Assembly (NCBI GenBank): GCA_020891255.1
Contig: BQFW01000008.1
Coordinates: forward strand, 2,232,001-2,296,000
DNA: 64,000 bases
Source of the DNA: Entomortierella parvispora E1425
Taxonomy: Eukaryota > Fungi > Mortierellomycota
Direction: 5' to 3'
Shown: one piece after another, positions 37,801 through 49,722 of the stretch
Numbering within the stretch: the first letter of the stretch is position 1
How the letters are laid out: every line of letters begins with the position of its first letter
Made by a program: the position numbers and the translations under genes
The notes under the pieces: model-generated
The model's database searches: none
What the model was told of the DNA's origin: nothing
Seen by the model: only the letters and a program-made list of their open reading frames with translations

Positions 37801-39739
37801 GCCTTTTTTTCGTTCGTCTTTTTCTTCTTCTTTTGGCTTGTCTCCTGCGAAAGGGAACGTTTCTGACTGGTTGCGGCAGTAGGAATCGAAGACGAACCTG
37901 CTGGGTTGTCATCTTCCAAGTTCTGGTTGACTAGATCCGTCGTAAGTGGTGAGGATCCAGTTTGGTTGTCAGAGTTGCTGGTGTGGGTAGCGTTCGGAGT
38001 GACGGGGTGGACTTTTGGAGGGCCTATGGACTGATCGTATAGCCCCACGGGTCCCTCATTCCTAGACCAGCCAGGGGGAAGACTCTCCGACCAAGCTGTG
38101 CGATCATGATGCCGAATCTTTGAAAGATAGTCTGGCCGCGTTCTATCCCTCATGAATCGCAGAAAGCTATTCATAAAGTGCAGTAGTGTTTAGAAAGGGA
38201 TCTTCGGCATGGTATGCTTTCTCTCTGTATAGCAATATGATACCATACCCTTGCTTAATCTCTGTCTGACTTGAGCTTCCTCCTTCAGGGACCACAGGCA
38301 ATGATGAGGCGCTTGACCTGATGAAGGACGGATTGATGACATTCGTTCAGAAAAGAAAAGAAAAGAAAAGAAAAAAAAAGAGTGACAATTTGAGATATCT
38401 TACCTTGCGGTTGGTTTGGTCCTCTTGTTCCTGTTTGAGAAATCGCATAGGGGAGAAAACAAGTCAGTACTGCTGTCCTTGAGTGCCTTTCAATAGGACA
38501 AACGCTTGACACTTACCTATATCGAAGCTTGGAGACTTCATTCACGATATGCAGCATCAAGTGGTCGACGAGCTTTGCCGCATTATCCTCCAATATGATG
38601 CCGGTGTCTGTATCCTCCCTATTGTCGACGAAGATATCCACGCTGTTCTCAAAGACAGCCTGATCGATCGAATTCTGAGAGCAGAACTTCTTGACGTAGT
38701 CGACTGCCTTTGGCATGTCTGGCATTTCGTCCATGTCGCGGATGGTATCCACAATCTTGGTAAGGCTTAGGCCGGGGACCTTTCGATCGTAGTCATTCTC
38801 CGCCAGAACTGCCACAGCTTGCCATTGTTCATAAGACAGCTCAAGACTCCCGAGGATCGCCCCGATATCATATTTGTAATACCGGCCACCTTGAGGACTC
38901 TTGCGCAACACGTATGAAGCTCCGTGGAAAACATTGTCGCTATCAGCCGACGCGACCACCGTGTCTTCCTGCTCTTCCTCAGCATGCCTACTGATGCAAA
39001 CATCGGCCTCCCCTGGGCAGGCGTGTACCTTCCATCCCTTTGAGCCGAGTTGATTGCCAAGTGTGTCCCAGTCCCTATGAGTGATTGCCTTTGTATTTAT
39101 CCACGCCTTGAGCAGTGGGCCGCGAATCCTCTTCACTAACCGAAGTAATTGGTTCTTTGTTGGCTTGGCCTTTCCGGCTGCAGTTTTCAGGGACACTTGC
39201 GATTGCAGATGGGCAAGATGGGACAAAACGGATGATGCCTTGTGGACAAACGCTGCAATCGCTCCGATTCGAGAACGATCTCTTTTCTGGCGGGCGTATG
39301 TCTTTTGGATGGATCTGGCGCCGTCAAAGTGGAGTATTCCTTGGTCTTTGGAAAACTTTTTCAACAGTGTTTTGTCGATCGCCGCCGAGATGTCGATCTC
39401 AAATATTTCCGAGGGGACTGGTGGGAGCGTAGACTCGGAGCCGATCAGTGATAAAAACTCCGTGTTGCTCTTGATGGCATCAGTCTCAAGAGGAGGGACT
39501 TTGGTCAAAAAAAGAGAGATCTCAGCGGGAAGCATGTAGGGTGCCTCGAGGTTGGCCGAGGAGTTCATGTGATTTTTCATTTCCGCAAAGATCTTGTTGC
39601 AGCGGATGCTTCTCGCAAGCGCAAACAAGATAGCAGGAATGTCGATGTGGACTCTCGGGAAAACATCTTTGGGCACAACTTCGGGATACTCCAGGCCTTC
39701 GATGTTGGCCAAGTACGGCCAGGTACTGGCCACGCCCAT
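34832..39739 (-). CDS. XPG/FEN1-like 5' nuclease fused to Fanzor (eukaryotic TnpB) RuvC nuclease; 6 exons, 1496 aa
   Basis: Exons 39739-38517, 38430-38404, 38317-38249, 38166-37083, 36996-35155, 35077-34832 join in frame at GT..AG sites. XPG motifs: MGVASTW, VHID, HFDG, GEADV, SADSD, ENDY..VPG. Fanzor motifs: KTDG, IGVDPG (RuvC-I D), PEFRSSQFCSRC (RuvC-II E + CxxC), CENC..DRDHNAGEN (CxxC + RuvC-III D). Confidence 0.88.
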
Positions 39740-41120
39740 CTATGACACCAAAGACGATTAAACAGCCTCAGTTAGATGGATATGTACTACGCTGACTACA
39801 GTTCACTCTCCTGATGGAGCTAAGAGTCCAACTCAAAGAGGACAACGGCAGTTTGCGCTCTTTCCCCGTGCATATGCCAAAAGCCTTGTCTCGAAAAGAT
39901 ACACTGTTTTTGTACATAGAGCGTGATCCTTACAGTCAGTGACGGCAAGCTCTGAGTGTCCAAGGGCGGTGATAGATGATGATGAGTGCAGAAAAGTAGT
40001 AGTTTGTAATATTCAGTGAATAGAGCAGGGATGGTGAGAAAGGAAAGGAGCAAGAAAGGACGAGTGGATGATCGATAGCTGGCCATCAGATTTCCAAAAA
40101 AAACCTAGGATAATTTTTATTATTGATGCCCCTCGCAGTTGCACCCTACAAACACAATAACACTAATATATTGTGCTTTGCACCTAAAAAAAAATAATCT
40201 TGCAGATATCATGATGATAAAATGAAACACATTGAGCAGTCACCGCGATCAATCTTGAAAACTGCCCGCCAAGACCTGCACCTCTTCGTTTTTCCTTTCT
40301 TTCTGTCTTTCCCAACTCACCCACCATTTCCCCCCCCCCCCCCCCCCCCCTTCCATCCCCCCCAACTACCGAATACCACACACCTAGACACACACCTACG
40401 GCCACACAAGAAGCTCGAGGAGGTCGACGAGAGGAGAGGACGATGACGAGGTAAATGTTCTGCTCTCTTTGGAAGTTTTGTACCAAGGAACCTTGCTAGA
40501 GGTTGTTCGAGCATCCATACTGACTTTCCTTCGTCTGGTGAACGATCGTTCCTTGCCTCGTTATATAACCTTCAGGTTCGTGTAAAGCTTTTAAGGACAA
40601 AAGGACAAAGGCAGTGCCTCCCTGTGGAACAGACGCGGCCTTCAGACCTTGTCTTTTGCGTTGGTGCTGTAGAGATGGTCACACAACGCTCACTTCTCAT
40701 ACTGTCGTCATCTAGACTCCATCAGAGACCTGCGTGATGCGGTCTCTCCTTGCGAACACGAGTCTATTTGCAGTTTGCTTGTTCGTTTGAGAGTTTGATC
40801 AACACTGATCCTTGGATGGGCACATGATGATCCAAAGCTAACTTCCACCTCCACCCGCTTCACTCTAGACTTGCGAACATCTTTTGCGTATATGTTTTGC
40901 GAACAGGCACCATTCTTTGGTCGCACCCCCAAACGAACACCAGCACCATAGGTCTGGATCAAAACCTTCCACATGTATCGCGAGTCGATCCCATGTCAGG
41001 AATTGAGTTCTCTCTCAACTTATGTAAGTATTCTCAGGTCAAATCTGCTTTCTGTCTCGTCAATTACAACTGAGCGCCATATTAATAAATTTTCTCTGGG
41101 TCATTTCTACCTGATAGTCA

Positions 41121-44100
41121 CATTTCCATAAAATTCACGGTTCATTTTTGTTGAATGGATTTTTATGGACGGCCTATGAGGGCGTGTGTAACATAGTCAG
41201 GGCCATTGCCAATGGACCGTCAAAACCAATGAAATTTTGTTTTCGCCCCTTTTTATCCATTATGAGATGATGAGCCACAGTCCCCCCTGACGGTCTGGCA
41301 TCGTCTTTGATCAACGACTGCCTGTCGAATCTCCGTACGTACTTCTCTCCTCCCTCCCTCCCTCCCCTCCCCTCTCCCTCCTCCCTCTCCTCCCTCTCTT
41401 CCCTTTCCTCTCACTCACTGTTTCTCTGTCGTATTTTTCATGTCTGCGTGTGTGAGAGCGTGTGTGCGCACGCGCATGTGTATTTTATTAAAAAAAAAAA
41501 AAAAAGGAAAAAAAAAAAAACTATGGTTGCTCTTTTGCTTTCACCTTTCCTTTTCCTTGCTCTTTTTCTTCTGAGCTTCCAAACCTCTTGGAAACCTTTT
41601 TGGGCAAAAGCTTGTAGTATGCTGCAATTGAGCAAGAGTTGCAATCTTCCTTCAGCATGTCCTGAAAGTCTTGAAGAGCTTGTGCAATCATAGCCATGTC
41701 AATTGGTGTGTTATCCGGGATGTAGCGCAAGACCGATTGAACAATCGTCTTCTTGAATAAGTAGAGACCTGCAAACCCGTTTTTCCCATCAGGGTTAGCC
41801 GAATTCTTTTCACTGCGCCATAGATTTGAATACCATGAATCCATCGTCACGACTGAGGGGCTACCATTGACACCATAGAACCACTCTTGCCAAACCCCCT
41901 CTAGCGTGTTTGGCCGAGGGACCAACGTGCACAAAGGCATGTGCCTGGGCATAGGAGGGTCAACCTCGCCTCTCTCTCTTCTGTAGTGCGCAATTACTAC
42001 AGCCACAGCTTGGATTTTATCTTGAGTTTTGACAGAATGGCCGCTGTCATCATGACAACGTGGATGGATAATGGAAGGAGGAGGAGCGACTAAGCTCGAT
42101 TCTTCTACCCTCGATAATTGCAGGCTGAGAATCGGGGCACCTGGGGCTTCCTGCTCTTTTGACAGCAGACCCAAACGAGGTAGAACGGACCCTTCAGTGA
42201 TACTCAAGCCTCCTTGTTCTTGTTCTTGGGTTATAGAGGTCATCCGACCAGCAGCATCTGACAGAGAGGCCGCTAATGACTTCACTAGGGCATCAATCTT
42301 GTCATTCACCTTGCCCATACCTTGAACGACACCCTCAAGGACATACTGATTACGCTGCTCTGCATGCAAGGCTCGGCGGTCCTGGTAGACTTGGAGCCTC
42401 TCAATGTTATCCGAGATCTTGGAGATCGCAGTGCTCATTGTTTGTTGTCGGGAAGTTTGCTGTGATATGAGGGCATTGGCGGCCTCCAGTTGCCGCTGAA
42501 TAACAGGTGCCACGGACGTTAGGTTGCTAGGGCGAAGGGAAGTGTGGGCTAACGTTTCTGCCATCAACTTCTTAAATGCCAAAAATTCCGGAGACCTGAA
42601 TACTTCACGCTTGAAAATAGGGTGCCGGGAAGATTTGTTCTCGGCCAATAAAAAAGACGGCGGCGTCCTGCAGAATGACTTTCCGCAAGTGGGCAAGCAG
42701 ACAAAGATGCCGTCGACGCGAGATTGCCTCATCAGAGAGAACTTTCCGTGCAGCCCTTTTCTTGATTTTTTTGATCTTAATATTTTCCTCTTGACGTCCG
42801 TAGAATATGCTCCGATCCAGCATGATGTTGTCGATGGTCTGGATCCAGAAAGGGTCGTAGTGCTTTTTGTCCTCAGGATTTGAGCATGCACGTTCAATGA
42901 ATGGGAAGACCATGCGCTGTAGCTCGAGGTCTGGAATGACATTACGCTCCAGCCAAAAGTTTTCCGTACGGCCATTCTCAAATCCGGCCATTTGCAACGC
43001 CACAGATGCATCGACGCCGTCGAGGTAATGGGTGATGAGTCGGTTTGTCCCCCAGCCGCCGTGTTTCGATATATCTTCGTGCGTGGCTCCAGTCAGCCGC
43101 GCCAAAAAAGCACCCAGTCGTCTACTGAGATGGGTTGCTTTGCCTTTGACACCAATGTTGAGATAATCCTGGACCTCGCGTGTCTGCTTGTACTGTGTGG
43201 CATATCGTATCTCTGATGTTCGTGTGGTGGACTTTGACAACAAGTGATAGTTGACCCAGTCGTGATCTTCTACTCTAGGCGGAGGGGCAGCCGATGAGGA
43301 AGTAGGCTAGATAATTCAGATTAGAAAGGGGTAGAGCCTCACCCAGCTCATAAAATGTACGTCATAATCAAAAAGTTCAAACTTACCAACCAGTACTCAA
43401 GCAGATAAAAGGCTAGAGCACCGACAGGACACGCTTCCACGTCTGGGTTTCGTACCACGACATTATATCGGATCTTGCCATTATTGTTCATTTTTCCTTG
43501 TCTTGTCATCAAAACCACACCAAGGACGAATTTTCTCTCCTGCTCCCGATCTTTCCGCACTGGACGTGCAACATTCTGGCCAAAGAGGTCGATCAATCTC
43601 ATCCTGCGTGTGGTTTCACTGCGGCACATCATAAAAAATCGAAGGGCGGCGTCAGCTCGATGGCGAAGACCAGTTATCACTCGTGTCCATTTGCTCTGTT
43701 CGCCCTGTATATTATGGTGCCAAAAGTGCACCATTACCATCTTGACATTCTCCAAAGGGTCCTCCTCGACAAAGTTTGCTGAGCCTTGATCGGTATCTGT
43801 CGCTCTCTTCGTGACCGCCACTCTTCTTTCGTAACTCGTAATCAGGTCCCTCAGGTAATCCATCGGCTTTCTCTCGAGACACCTGAACATGACTTTGTTG
43901 TCTGGGTCCACACGTTGCTGACGGTAGAGTTCTCCGATGGCGGATGCGTGTAATTTTACCGTTGAGAGAGACGGTGCATTGGCCGGTAATCCCCTGTCGG
44001 AATGACATACATTCTCACCGAGGTCGTCATTGACACTATCGCTGTCACTATCGTTGTCATCATCAGTGTCGTCGCTATCATGACCATCGCTGTCACTGTC

Positions 44101-45268
44101 ACTGTTGTCGTCGCCTCTTTCTCTCTCGTCTTCAATTGCTTTTTCTTTTCCCGCGCATTCCAGTAGGTAAAATGATGATACCTGTTAACATGGAAGTTGA
44201 CATAGAGGTCATTCTGATGAGAATACGTAGACAATGGAGATACAAAATGTGATTATCGGTTCTTACCCTTGCTTGGGTCCTCTTTCGATGCAGTTAAACA
44301 AGTCCAGTAACGCAAGACTTTCTCTTCGATGACGTTGGCGTCTGAGTATCCAGCTTCCGTGCACCATTTCTAGTCATTAATGAGTTTATGGGTGTTTGTA
44401 GTAGACGAATTAGAAAAAAAAAAAAAAAAAAAAAGGATAAAGGGCACTGTCAGCCATGATCAGCCACGATCGTACACTTGGCCCAACTTACAGAGAATAC
44501 GGCTTGATATCGGTCATAGAGTGCACGCGTCGACGTCTTGATACTTTCCCTTCGCTGTTCGCGGACAAGTTGCATACAGGCCAACTCCTTTTGTCTCAAG
44601 TCAAGCTCATGAGCTTGACGCGCCTTCTTGTCCGCATGGAACTGCGCGACAATAGAAGTACTAGACGAGATTCCTTGCGTGTTGTCGTGTTGTCGTGACG
44701 CCGCGAGCTCGGACGCGTCGAGTGAATCCTGCAGGTACAACGAAGCCCAGAGAGATGGAGCATGAGTATATAGGCAAACAGAATGGCATAGAGGCACACA
44801 GATGGCACTGTTCATTCCGCAGCATGCGTAGAGCTGACGTAGTCGAGTCGAGCATTACATTAGATTCACGTTGAGATGAATCGACTTGCTGGGAGCATGG
44901 TTGCTGGCCAGTTGTCGGAGGCTCTCGTTTCTGTCGTTTTCGCGTCCGCTGTTGTTGCTGTTGTTGCTGCTTGGGTTCCTGGGGCGGTTCCTGGTCCTGT
45001 TGAGACAATTGATGCTTGGGCATTTGGAGAAGGTGCGCCAATGAAAGAATGTAAAAAGAATGATGTAGCAAATGTGCCGCATGCATGAACGGGCCCAGGC
45101 GCCTGACAACCCCCTTTATTCCCGTGGACAAAAAGAAAATATCTGTTTTTTGGCCCTTGTTCAATTTCATGGGCTGGTTCATCGGGCCAATAATGGACTG
45201 CAGGCGCGACGACGATTGGCCGACTTGGTCACGTGACTTTATGGACCGTCAATGTCCAGGAAGCGTCT
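41121..45268 (-). mobile_element. Crypton (CryptonF-type) tyrosine-recombinase transposon, copy 1 (~4.15 kb)
   Basis: Encodes YR/NDC10_II-like motifs and a GCR1_C domain. Boundaries defined by the tandem repeat; CA dinucleotide at all three junctions; imperfect subterminal inverted repeat. Confidence 0.88.
41521..45023 (-). CDS. Crypton tyrosine recombinase + GCR1_C, copy 1 (spliced; at least one +1 homopolymer frameshift; start tentative)
   Basis: MCRSE (R), QGKMN (K), RNPDVEACPVGALAFYL, THLSR (HxxR), GGW, HYL (Y), AGF, LRKVILQDAA / HPIF, and C-terminal NTLEGVWQEWFYGVNGSPSV..LWR. Frame break at the A6 run 42650-42655. Confidence 0.8.
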
Positions 45269-48200
45269 CATTTCCATAAAATTCACGGTTCATTTTTTGT
45301 TGAATGGATTTTTTATGGACGGCCTATGAGGGCGTGTGTAACATAGTCAGGGCCATTGCCAATGGACCGTCAAAACCAATGAAATTTTGTTTTCGCCCCT
45401 TTTTATCCATTATGAGATGATGAGCCACAGTCCCCCCTGACGGTCTGGCATCGTCTTTGATCAACGACTGCCTGTCGAATCTCCGTACGTACTTCTCTCC
45501 TCCCTCCCTCCCTCCCCTCCCCTCTCCCTCCTCCCTCTCCTCCCTCTCTTCCCTTTCCTCTCACTCACTGTTTCTCTGTCGTATTTTTCATGTCTGCGTG
45601 TGTGAGAGCGTGTGTGCGCACGCGCATGTGTATTTTATTAAAAAAAAAAAAAAAAGGAAAAAAAAAAAACTATGGTTGCTCTTTTGCTTTCACCTTTCCT
45701 TTTCCTTGCTCTTTTTCTTCTGAGCTTCCAAACCTCTTGGAAACCTTTTTGGGCAAAAGCTTGTAGTATGCTGCAATTGAGCAAGAGTTGCAATCTTCCT
45801 TCAGCATGTCCTGAAAGTCTTGAAGAGCTTGTGCAATCATAGCCATGTCAATTGGTGTGTTATCCGGGATGTAGCGCAAGACCGATTGAACAATCGTCTT
45901 CTTGAATAAGTAGAGACCTGCAAACCCGTTTTTCCCATCAGGGTTAGCCGAATTCTTTTCACTGCGCCATAGATTTGAATACCATGAATCCATCGTCACG
46001 ACTGAGGGGCTACCATTGACACCATAGAACCACTCTTGCCAAACCCCCTCTAGCGTGTTTGGCCGAGGGACCAACGTGCACAAAGGCATGTGCCTGGGCA
46101 TAGGAGGGTCAACCTCGCCTCTCTCTCTTCTGTAGTGCGCAATTACTACAGCCACAGCTTGGATTTTATCTTGAGTTTTGACAGAATGGCCGCTGTCATC
46201 ATGACAACGTGGATGGATAATGGAAGGAGGAGGAGCGACTAAGCTCGATTCTTCTACCCTCGATAATTGCAGGCTGAGAATCGGGGCACCTGGGGCTTCC
46301 TGCTCTTTTGACAGCAGACCCAAACGAGGTAGAACGGACCCTTCAGTGATACTCAAGCCTCCTTGTTCTTGTTCTTGGGTTATAGAGGTCATCCGACCAG
46401 CAGCATCTGACAGAGAGGCCGCTAATGACTTCACTAGGGCATCAATCTTGTCATTCACCTTGCCCATACCTTGAACGACACCCTCAAGGACATACTGATT
46501 ACGCTGCTCTGCATGCAAGGCTCGGCGGTCCTGGTAGACTTGGAGCCTCTCAATGTTATCCGAGATCTTGGAGATCGCAGTGCTCATTGTTTGTTGTCGG
46601 GAAGTTTGCTGTGATATGAGGGCATTGGCGGCCTCCAGTTGCCGCTGAATAACAGGTGCCACGGACGTTAGGTTGCTAGGGCGAAGGGAAGTGTGGGCTA
46701 ACGTTTCTGCCATCAACTTCTTAAATGCCAAAAATTCCGGAGACCTGAATACTTCACGCTTGAAAATAGGGTGCCGGGAAGATTTGTTCTCGGCCAATAA
46801 AAAAGACGGCGGCGTCCTGCAGAATGACTTTCCGCAAGTGGGCAAGCAGACAAAGATGCCGTCGACGCGAGATTGCCTCATCAGAGAGAACTTTCCGTGC
46901 AGCCCTTTTCTTGATTTTTTTGATCTTAATATTTTCCTCTTGACGTCCGTAGAATATGCTCCGATCCAGCATGATGTTGTCGATGGTCTGGATCCAGAAA
47001 GGGTCGTAGTGCTTTTTGTCCTCAGGATTTGAGCATGCACGTTCAATGAATGGGAAGACCATGCGCTGTAGCTCGAGGTCTGGAATGACATTACGCTCCA
47101 GCCAAAAGTTTTCCGTACGGCCATTCTCAAATCCGGCCATTTGCAACGCCACAGATGCATCGACGCCGTCGAGGTAATGGGTGATGAGTCGGTTTGTCCC
47201 CCAGCCGCCGTGTTTCGATATATCTTCGTGCGTGGCTCCAGTCAGCCGCGCCAAAAAAGCACCCAGTCGTCTACTGAGATGGGTTGCTTTGCCTTTGACA
47301 CCAATGTTGAGATAATCCTGGACCTCGCGTGTCTGCTTGTACTGTGTGGCATATCGTATCTCTGATGTTCGTGTGGTGGACTTTGACAACAAGTGATAGT
47401 TGACCCAGTCGTGATCTTCTACTCTAGGCGGAGGGGCAGCCGATGAGGAAGTAGGCTAGATAATTCAGATTAGAAAGGGGTAGAGCCTCACCCAGCTCAT
47501 AAAATGTACGTCATAATCAAAAAGTTCAAACTTACCAACCAGTACTCAAGCAGATAAAAGGCTAGAGCACCGACAGGACACGCTTCCACGTCTGGGTTTC
47601 GTACCACGACATTATATCGGATCTTGCCATTATTGTTCATTTTTCCTTGTCTTGTCATCAAAACCACACCAAGGACGAATTTTCTCTCCTGCTCCCGATC
47701 TTTCCGCACTGGACGTGCAACATTCTGGCCAAAGAGGTCGATCAATCTCATCCTGCGTGTGGTTTCACTGCGGCACATCATAAAAAATCGAAGGGCGGCG
47801 TCAGCTCGATGGCGAAGACCAGTTATCACTCGTGTCCATTTGCTCTGTTCGCCCTGTATATTATGGTGCCAAAAGTGCACCATTACCATCTTGACATTCT
47901 CCAAAGGGTCCTCCTCGACAAAGTTTGCTGAGCCTTGATCGGTATCTGTCGCTCTCTTCGTGACCGCCACTCTTCTTTCGTAACTCGTAATCAGGTCCCT
48001 CAGGTAATCCATCGGCTTTCTCTCGAGACACCTGAACATGACTTTGTTGTCTGGGTCCACACGTTGCTGACGGTAGAGTTCTCCGATGGCGGATGCGTGT
48101 AATTTTACCGTTGAGAGAGACGGTGCATTGGCCGGTAATCCCCTGTCGGAATGACATACATTCTCACCGAGGTCGTCATTGACACTATCGCTGTCACTAT

Positions 48201-49419
48201 CGTTGTCATCATCAGTGTCGTCGCTATCATGACCATCGCTGTCACTGTCACTGTTGTCGTCGCCTCTTTCTCTCTCGTCTTCAATTGCTTTTTCTTTTCC
48301 CGCGCATTCCAGTAGGTAAAATGATGATACCTGTTAACATGGAAGTTGACATAGAGGTCATTCTGATGAGAATACGTAGACAATGGAGATACAAAATGTG
48401 ATTATCGGTTCTTACCCTTGCTTGGGTCCTCTTTCGATGCAGTTAAACAAGTCCAGTAACGCAAGACTTTCTCTTCGATGACGTTGGCGTCTGAGTATCC
48501 AGCTTCCGTGCACCATTTCTAGTCATTAATGAGTTTATGGGTGTTTGTAGTAGACGAATTAGAAAAAAAAAAAAAAAAAAAAAGGATAAAGGGCACTGTC
48601 AGCCATGATCAGCCACGATCGTACACTTGGCCCAACTTACAGAGAATACGGCTTGATATCGGTCATAGAGTGCACGCGTCGACGTCTTGATACTTTCCCT
48701 TCGCTGTTCGCGGACAAGTTGCATACAGGCCAACTCCTTTTGTCTCAAGTCAAGCTCATGAGCTTGACGCGCCTTCTTGTCCGCATGGAACTGCGCGACA
48801 ATAGAAGTACTAGACGAGATTCCTTGCGTGTTGTCGTGTTGTCGTGACGCCGCGAGCTCGGACGCGTCGAGTGAATCCTGCAGGTACAACGAAGCCCAGA
48901 GAGATGGAGCATGAGTATATAGGCAAACAGAATGGCATAGAGGCACACAGATGGCACTGTTCATTCCGCAGCATGCGTAGAGCTGACGTAGTCGAGTCGA
49001 GCATTACATTAGATTCACGTTGAGATGAATCGACTTGCTGGGAGCATGGTTGCTGGCCAGTTGTCGGAGGCTCTCGTTTCTGTCGTTTTCGCGTCCGCTG
49101 TTGTTGCTGTTGTTGCTGCTTGGGTTCCTGGGGCGGTTCCTGGTCCTGTTGAGACAATTGATGCTTGGGCATTTGGAGAAGGTGCGCCAATGAAAGAATG
49201 TAAAAGAATGATGTAGCAAATGTGCCGCATGCATGAACGGGCCCAGGCGCCTGACAACCCCCCTTTATTCCCGTGGACAAAAAGAAAATATCTGTTTTTT
49301 GGCCCTTGTTCAATTTCATGGGCTGGTTCATCGGGCCAATAATGGACTGCAGGCGCGACGACGATTGGCCGACTTGGTCACGTGACTTTATGGACCGTCA
49401 ATGTCCAGGAAGCGTCTCA
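45269..49419 (-). mobile_element. Crypton transposon, copy 2 (head-to-tail with copy 1)
   Basis: ORF track repeats at a 4149-bp offset; the differences noticed between copies are homopolymer lengths. Confidence 0.88.
45670..49172 (-). CDS. Crypton tyrosine recombinase + GCR1_C, copy 2 (same frameshift; start tentative)
   Basis: Same translation as copy 1; frame break at the A6 run 46799-46804. Confidence 0.8.
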
Positions 49420-49722
49420 ATAACCTACATAAGAACTCCATAAAATAAAAATTGATCACGGGACCGCGGACCGCCGCTGGCTTCTCGGAGACTCACCCAC
49501 TGAGTGGGTGAACACCGCCACCATTTTGTCTGTCGGCCGCAATTTGACTCCCTTTGGGGCTCACTCGTTCGTCTTCTTCCCCCCACTCTTTGAAGTGTGC
49601 TCCAATTCATTTCTCTCTTGTTCGTTCCTACCTTCATTCATTCCTCTTGTCCTCTCTCCCTCCTGTTCCTTCCCATACCTCGTCCTGTTCCCCATCCCTT
49701 TATACCATTCCTCCCTCTCCTA

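Noticed and set aside
40200-41120. Possible plus-strand gene fragment (exon ~40870-41021, intron to ~41117) interrupted by the Crypton
   Set aside because: No recognisable domain, other frames have stops, and the continuation past 49419 reads into pyrimidine-rich MetH leader sequence.
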